This document shows positions 10,060 to 18,001 of a DNA stretch of 64,000 nucleotides, piece by piece. The position numbers and the translations under genes were made by a program. Each line of letters opens with the position of its first letter. Position 1 is the stretch's first letter. Source of the stretch: a virus. Where the stretch lies: the UHGV virus genome UHGV-0134778. One strand, 5' to 3'. Under the pieces are notes generated by a model that saw nothing but the letters and a program-made list of their open reading frames with translations, made no database searches and had not been told where the DNA came from.

Positions 10060-10866
10060 TTAGATAAAACGCTTGAACATAGAAGGTGATGAGATTGATG
10101 GAATCACACAAGGCAGCGCTACCTCCTCTTTCTCCAGGAAATTAATCGCAGAAGCTACACAGTCGGCCCAGTCGTCTTTTCTGTTAAATGTTGATCTTTC
10201 CCCGTTGAACTTTTCAAGTTCAGTCAGAAATGCTTCCAGAGTGTCAGGATGGAAACTGGATTTTACAATCCTCACCATTCCTTGTTGGGCAAGATTGGCA
10301 AAAGGTGAGAACCTTGTCAGTTTAGATTTGTTGGAAGGCATTGGATCTTCTTCAACCCTGAACCCTTCGGCGAGCAAGGATCTGGACGAGGTTAAGAATT
10401 CACTCTTACCTGCCTGACCGGGGTCCACAGAAAATACGATTATGCAATCATCTCCATCAAACTGCGCCTGTTTCCTGATGATCACATCTCGTTCCCCAGC
10501 CTTTTTACAGAACTTGCCTTCCAGACCTGTGGAATACCTACCGTCATCCACGTTCTCAGGACAATAATCCCCGGACAGGTAATAAAAGCCGTCGCTATCT
10601 TTACTTACCTTAACACTGGCGGTAAAGTCAGGAAATTTATTACCGGAAGTTCTCTCGGTTCCTGCCTTATCCCATGCCCTGCAAGATACTGATCCAAGAG
10701 GTACTCTATCGGCATCCCGAAGGAAAGATCTTTGGAAATAGTTTGCACCTTCAGGTTTGGCAAACCAGTTGCCATGAAGAAGCTGGGCTTTTTCAAGCTC
10801 TGGCAGACCTTCAAGGAAAGCAAGGTATTCTGGGTTGTCTCTCAAGCAGACAGGATTATCGAATCC
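10060..10866 (-). CDS. terL: terminase large subunit, C-terminal nuclease part (exon 2 or separately translated fragment)
   Basis: Open frame continues upstream of the ORF-track TTG start to a stop at about 10867; no convincing RBS of its own; acidic residues spaced as in terminase RNase-H-like nuclease domains. Confidence 0.6.
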   Translation of the reverse strand, partial: GFDNPVCLRDNPEYLAFLEGLPELEKAQLLHGNWFAKPEGANYFQRSFLRDADRVPLGSVSCRAWDKAGTERTSGNKFPDFTASVKVSKDSDGFYYLSGDYCPENVDDGRYSTGLEGKFCKKAGERDVIIRKQAQFDGDDCIIVFSVDPGQAGKSEFLTSSRSLLAEGFRVEEDPMPSNKSKLTRFSPFANLAQQGMVRIVKSSFHPDTLEAFLTELEKFNGERSTFNRKDDWADCVASAINFLEKEEVALPCVIPSISSPSMFKRFI

Positions 10867-11837
10867 TTATATTCAAGGGTGGTCGCAACACCACCCTCCG
10901 CACCATTACGTGCTGCTGCATGTTACCATGCAGAGTAGACTATATCACCACCCATCTCAGGGGTGCTTCGCTTTTCGAGCGCCATAAGCTTGCGCCCTAC
11001 TCCCTCTCGGGATAGTCGTTGAACTACATTACCAATCATAATTGTTTGAAATATAGGTGTAAGTCTTACGGTCTTTTATTCCTTTAACAACACTAAAACT
11101 TACTCCCCACTTCTTAGCTATTTTATTTACACACAAAGCCCTACCACTAAGATCCTCGCAGATACCTATTATCTTGTGCTCACTTATCCTATTAGAGGTT
11201 GGCACTTTTCTAAAGTTAAATTCTTTAGAAATATCTGGGTATACTGAGCCATTCTTTATACCACTTACAAGTGGTTGATTGACACCAAACATTTCACAAA
11301 TGTCTTTTACCCTTGCACCTTGCTCTAACAGCCTACATATTTCAAGAGCAGTGGCATCATCTAGGGACCTGTATTTATTGACATAGTCCTTTTTAAGTCC
11401 CATTTCATGAGCGTGATGTGTGTTTTCCTCAGGCGTTGTCCACTCAAGGTTCCATGCGGCGTTATTCAACTTATTGCCATCCAGGTGGTTTACTTGAGTT
11501 TTCACACTGGGGTTATCATTATCTACAAAAGTCATAGCAATAACTCTGTGGACTAGCACTTGGAACTTTTTCCCGCCCTCGCACAAAGTGACCATAGCAT
11601 AGCCAGTCTTTTTCTGCACATTAGGATGGAGGAATTTATTAGAATACAGGCTGTAAATTCTGCCATCGTATGTAGCACAATAATGATTGTAACCTAAAAA
11701 GCCTAAATTTTTCATTTCAAACATCTCCCTACTACAGGTTCGGAAGGGTAATTATAGCTGCTGATTGTCCGTTTAGCAATCGGATTTTCCAGCAATTAAC
11801 GAAGTTATTCGACGTGCATTTCTGCACGAAGCCACTA
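10867..11837 (-). mobile_element. putative group I intron carrying an HNH homing endonuclease gene, inserted in the large terminase gene
   Basis: About 970 nt separate the ATPase and nuclease halves of terL; GC-rich hairpin-forming sequence flanks a free-standing HNH ORF; exact splice sites not determined. Confidence 0.5.
11029..11724 (-). CDS. HNH homing endonuclease
   Basis: 231 aa with HNH_3-like motif (QVNHLDGNKLNNAAWNLEWTTPEEN) and a C-terminal DNA-binding-like region; embedded between the terL halves. Confidence 0.7.
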   Translation of the reverse strand: MFEMKNLGFLGYNHYCATYDGRIYSLYSNKFLHPNVQKKTGYAMVTLCEGGKKFQVLVHRVIAMTFVDNDNPSVKTQVNHLDGNKLNNAAWNLEWTTPEENTHHAHEMGLKKDYVNKYRSLDDATALEICRLLEQGARVKDICEMFGVNQPLVSGIKNGSVYPDISKEFNFRKVPTSNRISEHKIIGICEDLSGRALCVNKIAKKWGVSFSVVKGIKDRKTYTYISNNYDW

Positions 11838-12587
11838 TCATTTAATGGTTGCGCCTATGAACGAGAATGACAACGGTCTTGGCTTGATCTCTACGCCAAG
11901 TCCGTTAACCGTGGTGTATTTCTCTATCAACTCTTCTTTAGAGTCTCCCCAGATAAATTCGCCGTCGCGTCGGATAAAATACCTTTTCTTACCGCATTTC
12001 TCCGGATCTGGATACCCTTCATCGTCCAACCACCATCTAACCAGTTTGGCAAGCATGTGTTCTGAGTCTGGGTTACAGCTGATAACCATTCTTGATGGAT
12101 ACTTTGACTGAGATCGCAGACGAGACATCAAATAGTCTATCTGCTCCCATTCGAATTGCGTGCCTTCATCGAAGCAAACCATGGTGTACTCAAGGCCTTG
12201 ATGGTTAAGCTTATCTTGGACATACTCCATGTGGCAGTATTTTACAACGGCCCCTTTTTTGCTCCTGTCCCACTTGCCAGTGCTCGGATCAAACCGTGGA
12301 AAAATAAACTTATGATCCTTCTCTCTGAACTTTGGTTTAATGTTTTCAGGCAGATCACTGTAAATAGCTACTGCTTTAGGCCATAGACCACCCTCACCTT
12401 CCAACTGTGGAGTTGTTCTTCGGAACATAACCACAGAGCTGTGCGGGTCATCAATAATTTTAAGCGGCATTAGCTGCAAGAGGAACGACTTGCCAGACCC
12501 AGCTGCACCTCCGATCACCAAAATATCTGCATCGTTCTCTAGGATCATCTTCTGCTTTTCAGAACACGGTCCGTAAATCTTAGACAT
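11838..12587 (-). CDS. terL: terminase large subunit, N-terminal ATPase part (exon 1)
   Basis: Walker A GGAAGSGKS and Walker B-like MVCFDEGTQ; frame ends in a stop inside the inserted element. Confidence 0.75.
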   Translation of the reverse strand: MSKIYGPCSEKQKMILENDADILVIGGAAGSGKSFLLQLMPLKIIDDPHSSVVMFRRTTPQLEGEGGLWPKAVAIYSDLPENIKPKFREKDHKFIFPRFDPSTGKWDRSKKGAVVKYCHMEYVQDKLNHQGLEYTMVCFDEGTQFEWEQIDYLMSRLRSQSKYPSRMVISCNPDSEHMLAKLVRWWLDDEGYPDPEKCGKKRYFIRRDGEFIWGDSKEELIEKYTTVNGLGVEIKPRPLSFSFIGATIK

Positions 12588-12874
12588 TAACCTCTCTCCT
12601 TTGGAAACAGTGTTCTTATATAGTCTTGCAAAATGATCAATTTAGCTCTATCATTACTACAAGACAGGTTATTATCCCTCATAATGCCAGAATTCACCGC
12701 ATCTGGCGCACCTTTCTTCAAAGGGATAGCTTTAGCAGGTGGTTTCATAGCACCCTCGGGAGGTTTAACAATCAACCTTCCTACATCCGGAGGGTCAATC
12801 TTGTATTCTCTCTCAACGCTGGTTGCACACCCACACAATAACAAGCACAAAACAACCAGTGCAGTAACTCTCAT
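12587..12874 (-). CDS. outer-membrane spanin (Rz1-like lipoprotein)
   Basis: N-terminus MRVTALVVLCLLLCGCATS is a lipoprotein signal with lipobox Cys; Pro-rich; 4-nt overlap with the upstream i-spanin gene. Confidence 0.6.
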   Translation of the reverse strand: MRVTALVVLCLLLCGCATSVEREYKIDPPDVGRLIVKPPEGAMKPPAKAIPLKKGAPDAVNSGIMRDNNLSCSNDRAKLIILQDYIRTLFPKERG

Positions 12875-13269
12875 CGAACCTCCTGATTGATACTCTCATT
12901 ATAAATATCTATTAGCTGATCAGGAAGTGTTGACTTCTTACCTTCAGGAGATTGGAGGTAGATAATCTGCTTTTCTTTACCTGCCTTCTCAGCCATATTT
13001 AATTTATCCTGTAGATCAGAAAGAGATTTTTCAAGGTTTTTAACCTCCTCTGCGTGGCCCATTTTAATTTTGTCGGCCTGCTTTTGTTGTTGGTCAAGGA
13101 TCCGTTCCCACTTTAACTCTGTTGCTGACACACCTTCTTGATAAGCATCATTGAGCTTAGAGTTAAACCAATACACGGCCCCAAGATAAGCCATGCCTAT
13201 AGCCGCTGCAAAAACTAAACCTTTTATGATCCCTCTGTGTTTACTCATCAATGTTAAAACTGAAATCAT
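12871..13269 (-). CDS. inner-membrane spanin (Rz-like)
   Basis: N-terminal transmembrane segment followed by a coiled-coil-like charged region; paired with the downstream lipoprotein ORF. Confidence 0.55.
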   Translation of the reverse strand: MISVLTLMSKHRGIIKGLVFAAAIGMAYLGAVYWFNSKLNDAYQEGVSATELKWERILDQQQKQADKIKMGHAEEVKNLEKSLSDLQDKLNMAEKAGKEKQIIYLQSPEGKKSTLPDQLIDIYNESINQEVR

Positions 13270-13375
13270 TTTTAAGGCTCCAGAAACGAAAAAACCCCGC
13301 AGCTATACAGCTAACGGGGCGGGTTAAAATTGAGTAACCTAAATAGATCGAAACTAACTAAAAGGAGACTAATAC

Positions 13376-13645
13376 TTATCGAGGCACTCGGTGGATGATT
13401 CTGACAGTAACCGCATTCTCATTCATCAAGTAAGCATCCACATCTCTGTAAATATAAAACTTCTGCTCGCTATCAACAACACAAGCTACTGCCCCTTCAG
13501 AGTTGTCTTCAAAGAAGACCACAACTGCATCGCAGCTTAGTTCATGATACGACTCTCGAAGATTTACAGCAAGAGGGTTGAAATCGTCACGAAGATCTAA
13601 AGTATGGGTTGGATTTACACGTTCTACAATTTTAAGTGTATACAT
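13376..13645 (-). CDS. hypothetical protein
   Basis: 89-aa ORF between the tRNA cluster and the spanin genes. Confidence 0.45.
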   Translation of the reverse strand: MYTLKIVERVNPTHTLDLRDDFNPLAVNLRESYHELSCDAVVVFFEDNSEGAVACVVDSEQKFYIYRDVDAYLMNENAVTVRIIHRVPR

Positions 13646-13691
13646 TTTAAAGGTTCCTTTTGTGTGTATATATTTAAAGTATAACTAAAGG

Positions 13692-13768
13692 TGGTCTCCA
13701 CGGAGTGATTCGAACACTCGACCTCCTGATCCCAAATCAGGCGCTCTACCAAGCTGAGCTACGCGGAG
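13692..13768 (-). tRNA. tRNA-Pro (anticodon TGG)
   Basis: Hand-folded cloverleaf: 7-bp acceptor stem, D arm GCTC/GAGC, anticodon loop TTTGGGA, T loop TTCGAAT, encoded CCA. Confidence 0.85.
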
Positions 13769-13779
13769 TATTTATTATT

Positions 13780-13854
13780 TGGTGGCCCTGGGTGGAATTG
13801 AACCACCGTCTGGCGATTATGAGTCGCTTGCTTGAACCTTCCAGCTACAGGGCC
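13780..13854 (-). tRNA. tRNA-Met (anticodon CAT; elongator type, could be lysidine-modified Ile2)
   Basis: Acceptor GGCCCTG/CAGGGCC, anticodon loop CTCATAA, T loop TTCAATT, encoded CCA; G1-C72 pair argues against initiator. Confidence 0.8.
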
Positions 13855-13855
13855 A

Positions 13856-13931
13856 TGGTGCTGATGGCAGGACTTGAACCTGCAACCTATTGATTACAAA
13901 TCAATTGCACTGCCAATTGTGCTACATCAGC
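13856..13931 (-). tRNA. tRNA-Thr (anticodon TGT)
   Basis: Perfect 7-bp acceptor stem GCTGATG/CATCAGC, anticodon stem-loop ATTGA-TTTGTAA-TCAAT, T loop TTCAAGT, encoded CCA. Confidence 0.85.
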
Positions 13932-13935
13932 AAAA

Positions 13936-14034
13936 GGTGCTAGGTGATGGAATCGAACCACCTATGTATTCAACGACTACCTCGTCTATTTTCAGGATTA
14001 AAAATCCTCGCCCTTGCCAAAGGGCTTACCTAGC
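13936..14034 (-). tRNA. atypical tRNA-like element (99 nt): possible non-canonical tRNA or tRNA pseudogene
   Basis: Perfect 7-bp acceptor stem (GCTAGGT/ACCTAGC), canonical D arm and T arm (GGTGG-TTCGATT-CCATC), but A8-A9 instead of U8, an AGGATT-TTT-AATCCT hairpin in place of a standard anticodon arm, and a ~31-nt insert containing a second hairpin; no CCA encoded. Confidence 0.35.
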
Positions 14035-14132
14035 GCAATATGTTGACCATGTGGCTAGTCGGCGATGACGACTGTAACATTTGATAATCCGGTTCTGCTT
14101 CCGGCTTTCGCTTAATTACAAGGTCAACAATG

Positions 14133-14223
14133 TGGCGGAGAGTAATGGAATCGAACCATCATCGAGTCATCCTCAACGGGACGGTTTTCAAGACCGCTTG
14201 AGCACCATTGCTCCCTACCCTCC
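14133..14223 (-). tRNA. tRNA-Ser (anticodon TGA), class II with long variable arm
   Basis: Acceptor GGAGGGT/ACTCTCC with one G-U pair, anticodon stem-loop GCGGT-CTTGAAA-ACCGT, ~20-nt variable arm, T loop TTCGATT, encoded CCA. Confidence 0.8.
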
Positions 14224-14337
14224 TTTATAAATTACACTGATAATGACACTGATTTTCGAGCAGTTAGTGACTAGTATAAACGACGATAAATATCAATGTC
14301 ATTATCTGTATGATTTATGCATTTAAAAATATAAATT

Positions 14338-14424
14338 TGGTGGGGAGTGGTGGAGTCGAACCACCCGAGTCGCAATGACAATAGATTTACAGTCTACACC
14401 GCTACCTCTACGGGATAACTCCCC
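14338..14424 (-). tRNA. tRNA-Tyr (anticodon GTA), class II
   Basis: Acceptor GGGGAGT/ACTCCCC, anticodon stem-loop GTAGA-CTGTAAA-TCTAT, variable arm, T arm GGTGG-TTCGACT-CCACC, encoded CCA. Confidence 0.8.
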
Positions 14425-14428
14425 AATT

Positions 14429-14503
14429 TGGCACCCCGTACTGGACTCGAACCAGTGTCAACGGCTTAGAAGGCCGCTGCTTTATCCACTAAGCTAACAG
14501 GGC
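14429..14503 (-). tRNA. tRNA-Arg (anticodon TCT)
   Basis: Acceptor GCCCTGT/ACGGGGT with two G-U pairs, D arm GCTT/AAGC, anticodon stem-loop GCGGC-CTTCTAA-GCCGT, T arm ACTGG-TTCGAGT-CCAGT, encoded CCA. Confidence 0.8.
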
Positions 14504-14599
14504 ACTGGGTGGCTTTCTTTTACACCTGAGCCGCCAGAAAAGGTGGGAGACCATGTTTATAATATTACACTGTTAGGCAAAGTTTGTCAAGAAAATATT

Positions 14600-14938
14600 T
14601 TAACTATTGCCAACAGGCTGTATTTCTGTGGTAAATGGCATAAAAGGTGCTGGTTTTTCAGCCTCTTCTACTACCACCTCTTCCTCTTCACCAAACATCT
14701 CATCATATTCTTCCTGCATTCGGTCTGCCTTATCAAGAACATACTCTGCAATGCTTTGACGAATATTTTGTTTGGTTTTCGGGTCCAACATCAGCTCTCT
14801 TAAAACTTTGTGAGCTTCTGGAACCATCGCTATAAAAGATTCCTTCATATCAAGAATGTTCTTCTCTAGCTGAATGGCGTTGGACTCCTCTTTCAGAGGT
14901 CTGCCTCTACGGCGACGCTTTTTAGTTGTATCCGCCAT
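14600..14938 (-). CDS. hypothetical basic/acidic protein, possible DNA-binding (KKRRRRGRP N-terminus)
   Basis: ORF-track ORF trimmed to the ATG (MADTTKK...) preceded by GGAGG; Arg/Lys-rich N-terminus with RGRP AT-hook-like motif and acidic C-terminus. Confidence 0.5.
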   Translation of the reverse strand: MADTTKKRRRRGRPLKEESNAIQLEKNILDMKESFIAMVPEAHKVLRELMLDPKTKQNIRQSIAEYVLDKADRMQEEYDEMFGEEEEVVVEEAEKPAPFMPFTTEIQPVGNS

Positions 14939-14966
14939 GTTTCCTCCATTATCACGTGATAGGTGG

Positions 14967-14995
14967 ATTTTATCACGGCAAATACTGATTGTCAA
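14967..14995 (-). promoter_or_regulatory. sigma70-like promoter for the 14600-14938 gene, with a 10-bp palindrome downstream
   Basis: On minus strand TTGACA-N17-TAAAAT; perfect palindrome ATCACGTGAT (14951-14960) lies between the -10 element and the RBS. Confidence 0.5.
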
Positions 14996-15283
14996 GTTCG
15001 CCGCAGGGTGGTATTCCCTGCGACTTGCCCAGCGTCCTGGACCAGCAAGACCCAACAAGTGGGTTACCAGATACCCATTACCGCGCTCTGGCTCGACCTT
15101 ATTACAGGTTGGCTGGGGTCACATCGTCATGTGCTGGCTGCCCCTACCATTTTAAGTGTGGTGCACTATCAAGCCCTCTAAGGGGAACTCAGACTTCTCC
15201 GAACCCTGTTTCAAAGCATCCGGAGATAAAGCCATCAAACTCATCTTTAAATTGGATATTCATCATGATACACGAAAACAACC

Positions 15284-15526
15284 TCATTGTAAAGCACAAA
15301 TAAATAAAACATACTTAATTTGTTTGTTATCGGGCTCAGGGTAGAAGTAGAAGATCTTGCTATCACCAATCTGAACACCACCATCCCAACAACATAAACC
15401 ATAACCAGTATTCATACAAGCTAAGTCGTTGGCAAAATCTATTGCATCATCTAGTGCACGAAATTCACCTTCATCTTCTAAATAATCCTCATTCATGGAA
15501 CGGAAAACGAGCTTAACCTTAAACAT
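15284..15526 (-). CDS. hypothetical protein
   Basis: 80-aa acidic ORF. Confidence 0.45.
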   Translation of the reverse strand: MFKVKLVFRSMNEDYLEDEGEFRALDDAIDFANDLACMNTGYGLCCWDGGVQIGDSKIFYFYPEPDNKQIKYVLFICALQ

Positions 15527-15602
15527 AGCATTACCTGTAGACCTCGTAAGTTAAAATTGTATCACATCATATTGCAGATCTTATCAGGTAACATTATTTT
15601 TG

Positions 15603-15791
15603 TCAACAGATTCCGGCCTTATCCTTCCTGTCTGCGTATTCTTTAATCGCAACCTCACCTGCATTGGTAACCAGATCTTCAAAGTAATTCTCAAGCTCCT
15701 CGTCAATGTCCGGTGACCAGCTCTTTTTCCTGTCAGTGTGAATTGCAGACTTGTTGAACTTATTACAATTCTTTGCTACCGGATTGTTCAT
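15603..15791 (-). CDS. hypothetical protein
   Basis: 62-aa ORF in co-directional array. Confidence 0.3.
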   Translation of the reverse strand: MNNPVAKNCNKFNKSAIHTDRKKSWSPDIDEELENYFEDLVTNAGEVAIKEYADRKDKAGIC

Positions 15792-15801
15792 TAAGCTCTC
15801 C

Positions 15802-16380
15802 TCAACGTTCGTAGTAAATCTTATTCAACATTACCTCATCGTTTGCAGAAAGGATATCAAGATATGCATCACCAAATCTGCCTGCAACAACCTCTGCATG
15901 ATACATCACTTCGTTAACATCGTCAAGAGTGATAACAGGATGACCATATCTTTCTGAATATTGTCTCAGTGTGCGATGCAACGAGTCGTCATCATATGCA
16001 GACTTTTTAATATCACAAACACGACGAATGGCCTTGATGTCGAAAAAACCTGTGCGATACCACCCAAGAAAAAAGTTCCGTGTAGTGTCAACATCTACAT
16101 CAATACCATTAAGAACCTTATCTACAAGATAGCTGTCATCCTTTGGACTAGCGTCCTTAGTGCGAATGTAGTTGCCATCTTTTCCAGGTGATAGCTCCTT
16201 CTCATCACCAACCTGCATGCCATCATTTGGCGGTGTTAGCCACTTATCAGGATGCTTACGATCACGAGCGTTAGAATGATTACGCTGGAAACCTGGCTTC
16301 CACTTGAAAGTTTTCTCCATCTGTTCTTCATTCTGATAACGTTTTGCAATCTTTTCACTGGCATCTTTGCGTGAACTCAT
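15802..16380 (-). CDS. hypothetical protein
   Basis: 192-aa ORF; no recognised motif. Confidence 0.5.
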   Translation of the reverse strand: MSSRKDASEKIAKRYQNEEQMEKTFKWKPGFQRNHSNARDRKHPDKWLTPPNDGMQVGDEKELSPGKDGNYIRTKDASPKDDSYLVDKVLNGIDVDVDTTRNFFLGWYRTGFFDIKAIRRVCDIKKSAYDDDSLHRTLRQYSERYGHPVITLDDVNEVMYHAEVVAGRFGDAYLDILSANDEVMLNKIYYER

Positions 16381-16884
16381 AGCAGCCTCCTCTTCAAGTT
16401 ATAGAAAAACTCACTGTATCGCTTTGTAACGAGCTTTTCTATCAAACTGGTGCGATTGCCTTACTTGGTATAGTTTATATAGCTGTGGAGCGATTTAGGG
16501 GACTTCTTGTCAGTTTCCACACATAACTTTATCCGAACTCGCGCGGGAGGCTCTCAACCGACTCCTTCCGGCGCTGGCAAGCTTTCGTCGGTGGTCCACA
16601 TTAGTGCTCGGCCTTTGGCCTGCGCTATCGCTTCGCTCCCACACATGTTAACAGTCCTGCATGTATGCACTTCTGTTATTGTGTGCACTATGGAGGCCCG
16701 GCATCTCGCCCCCCCCGTAGGCGAGTGCCAATGAAGGGCCGACACTACCCATAATAAGTAATAAATTTAAAACATGGTACTTAGGATCTAGTATATTCTA
16801 CATAAGTTAAGTATATGTACTTTAGTACCATAAGTACTAGATCTTTTATTTTTATTATTTAGTTATTTTAGTTATATTCTTTAT

Positions 16885-16970
16885 GTGTCCGTATCACGGA
16901 CAGTTAGTGTCCGTATTACGGGCAGATGTGTCCGCGTGACGGACAGTAGTGTCCGTATCACGGACAGTTA
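16885..16970. repeat. iteron-like array: four tandem 21-22 bp repeats, each with the palindromic core TGTCCGTATCACGGACA
   Basis: Copies at about 16885, 16907, 16928 and 16949 (GTGTCCGTATCACGGACAGTTA and close variants); immediately preceded by an AT-rich tract at ~16790-16880. Confidence 0.8.
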
Positions 16971-17041
16971 CTAACCTCTGTTCCAGAGTGAACATAAAAC
17001 ATACAAATCCTTATAGTACAGATGTTTAAGTTTTTACTGGT

Positions 17042-17392
17042 CTAACCAGTTGTTGACATTCGAATAACTTCTTCTGGTGGCAAAACTTTGGAAAATGTGC
17101 ATCTTTTACCTCTCCCTTGTGTGGATATTTCAACCACTCCTGCACATTCTAAAGTTTTAACGCACGCTGCTGCTTTTGTTTTCTTTATCCCAACATCTGC
17201 TGCAATTTTCCTTGTGCTTGGTGTGAAGCGTGAATTTTCTCCAAGCTTATACCAGTTGTGCAGGTAGCAGTATACGATCTTGTCATATAAGTCAAGAACA
17301 ACAACCTCCCCAGTTGTGTCATTCAAAACTTTTGACATAGACAGTATTTCAAGGGGGACTTTAAGATATAGCAGCTTATCCCCATCTTTCAT
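17042..17392 (-). CDS. putative HTH DNA-binding protein
   Basis: 116 aa; segment TRKIAADVGIKKTKAAACVKTLECAGVVEI has a helix-turn-helix-like pattern; AGGAGA RBS; gene ends ~70 bp from the iteron array. Confidence 0.45.
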   Translation of the reverse strand: MKDGDKLLYLKVPLEILSMSKVLNDTTGEVVVLDLYDKIVYCYLHNWYKLGENSRFTPSTRKIAADVGIKKTKAAACVKTLECAGVVEISTQGRGKRCTFSKVLPPEEVIRMSTTG

Positions 17393-17439
17393 ATCTCCTG
17401 ATTCTCCTTGTGTGGCAATTTTCTTTAAAATAGCAGGGA

Positions 17440-17994
17440 TTACTCCCCGCTGTCAATAGCAAGACTCATTGCAATACGGTATGCCTCTTCTAATGGTAAG
17501 AGTCTCCCCCACACATCCCAACCGACATCAAACTGCCTGCCAAACAACTGCTGTGTGGTTCCGTGAGCATGACCGAACAGTTGGACTGATCCGTGAGGCT
17601 TTCTGTTCCACTTTGCAAACTGGTAATGGCTCATACAGATCAAATTCTTGTTGTGGCGAAGCTCGTAATAATCTACAACCTCATGACCGAACTCTTTCAT
17701 AATTCTGACAGTCGTCCTTGTGTCATGGTTACCACGAACAAGAATAATATGTCCGTTCAACATATTTAGAACATCTGGAAGCAATTTGTTGATATTCTTA
17801 TCATTAGTGCACGCAATATCCCCCAAGTGAAACACAGTGTCTGCAGGTGACACAACAGAGTTCCACTTGGTGATGATTCCCGCATTCATACTGTCAAGAT
17901 TGTGATCATACTGAGATCTGTGTTTTTGACATGAGTCGAACTCCATTACCCGCTGGTGGAGAAAGTGTGTGTCGCTTGTTACAAAGTATTTCAT
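17440..17994 (-). CDS. calcineurin-like metallophosphoesterase (candidate RNA end-healing 2',3' phosphatase or Ser/Thr phosphatase)
   Basis: Motifs DxH (SDTHF), GDIA, GNHD and downstream His residues characteristic of binuclear metallophosphoesterases; start trimmed to MKYF with GAGGAA RBS. Confidence 0.6.
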   Translation of the reverse strand: MKYFVTSDTHFLHQRVMEFDSCQKHRSQYDHNLDSMNAGIITKWNSVVSPADTVFHLGDIACTNDKNINKLLPDVLNMLNGHIILVRGNHDTRTTVRIMKEFGHEVVDYYELRHNKNLICMSHYQFAKWNRKPHGSVQLFGHAHGTTQQLFGRQFDVGWDVWGRLLPLEEAYRIAMSLAIDSGE

Positions 17995-18001
17995 ACATTC
18001 C

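Noticed and set aside
10605-11015. ORFs 10605-10823 (-), 10674-11015 (+) and 10732-10938 (+) around the terminase split
   Set aside because: They overlap the terminase nuclease exon or the structured intron RNA, with no RBS; considered frame artefacts
13936-14034. Calling the atypical element tRNA-Lys(TTT) from an alternative fold
   Set aside because: That fold needs a G-G mismatch closing the anticodon stem and leaves a 31-nt variable region incompatible with a class I tRNA; kept as tRNA-like of uncertain identity
14874-15344. Five overlapping plus-strand ORFs in the GC-rich island
   Set aside because: Mutually overlapping in different frames, no Shine-Dalgarno sequences, low-complexity Pro/Arg/Ser-rich translations typical of GC-rich non-coding DNA; treated as non-coding
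16507-16745. ORFs 16507-16734 (+) and 16554-16745 (-) in the second GC-rich island
   Set aside because: Overlap each other on opposite strands, lack an RBS and have Ala/Arg/Pro-rich composition; more likely frame artefacts of GC-rich sequence
16885-16970. Possibility that the tandem repeats are a CRISPR array
   Set aside because: Repeats are contiguous with no intervening unique spacers and there are only four copies; architecture is iteron or operator-like
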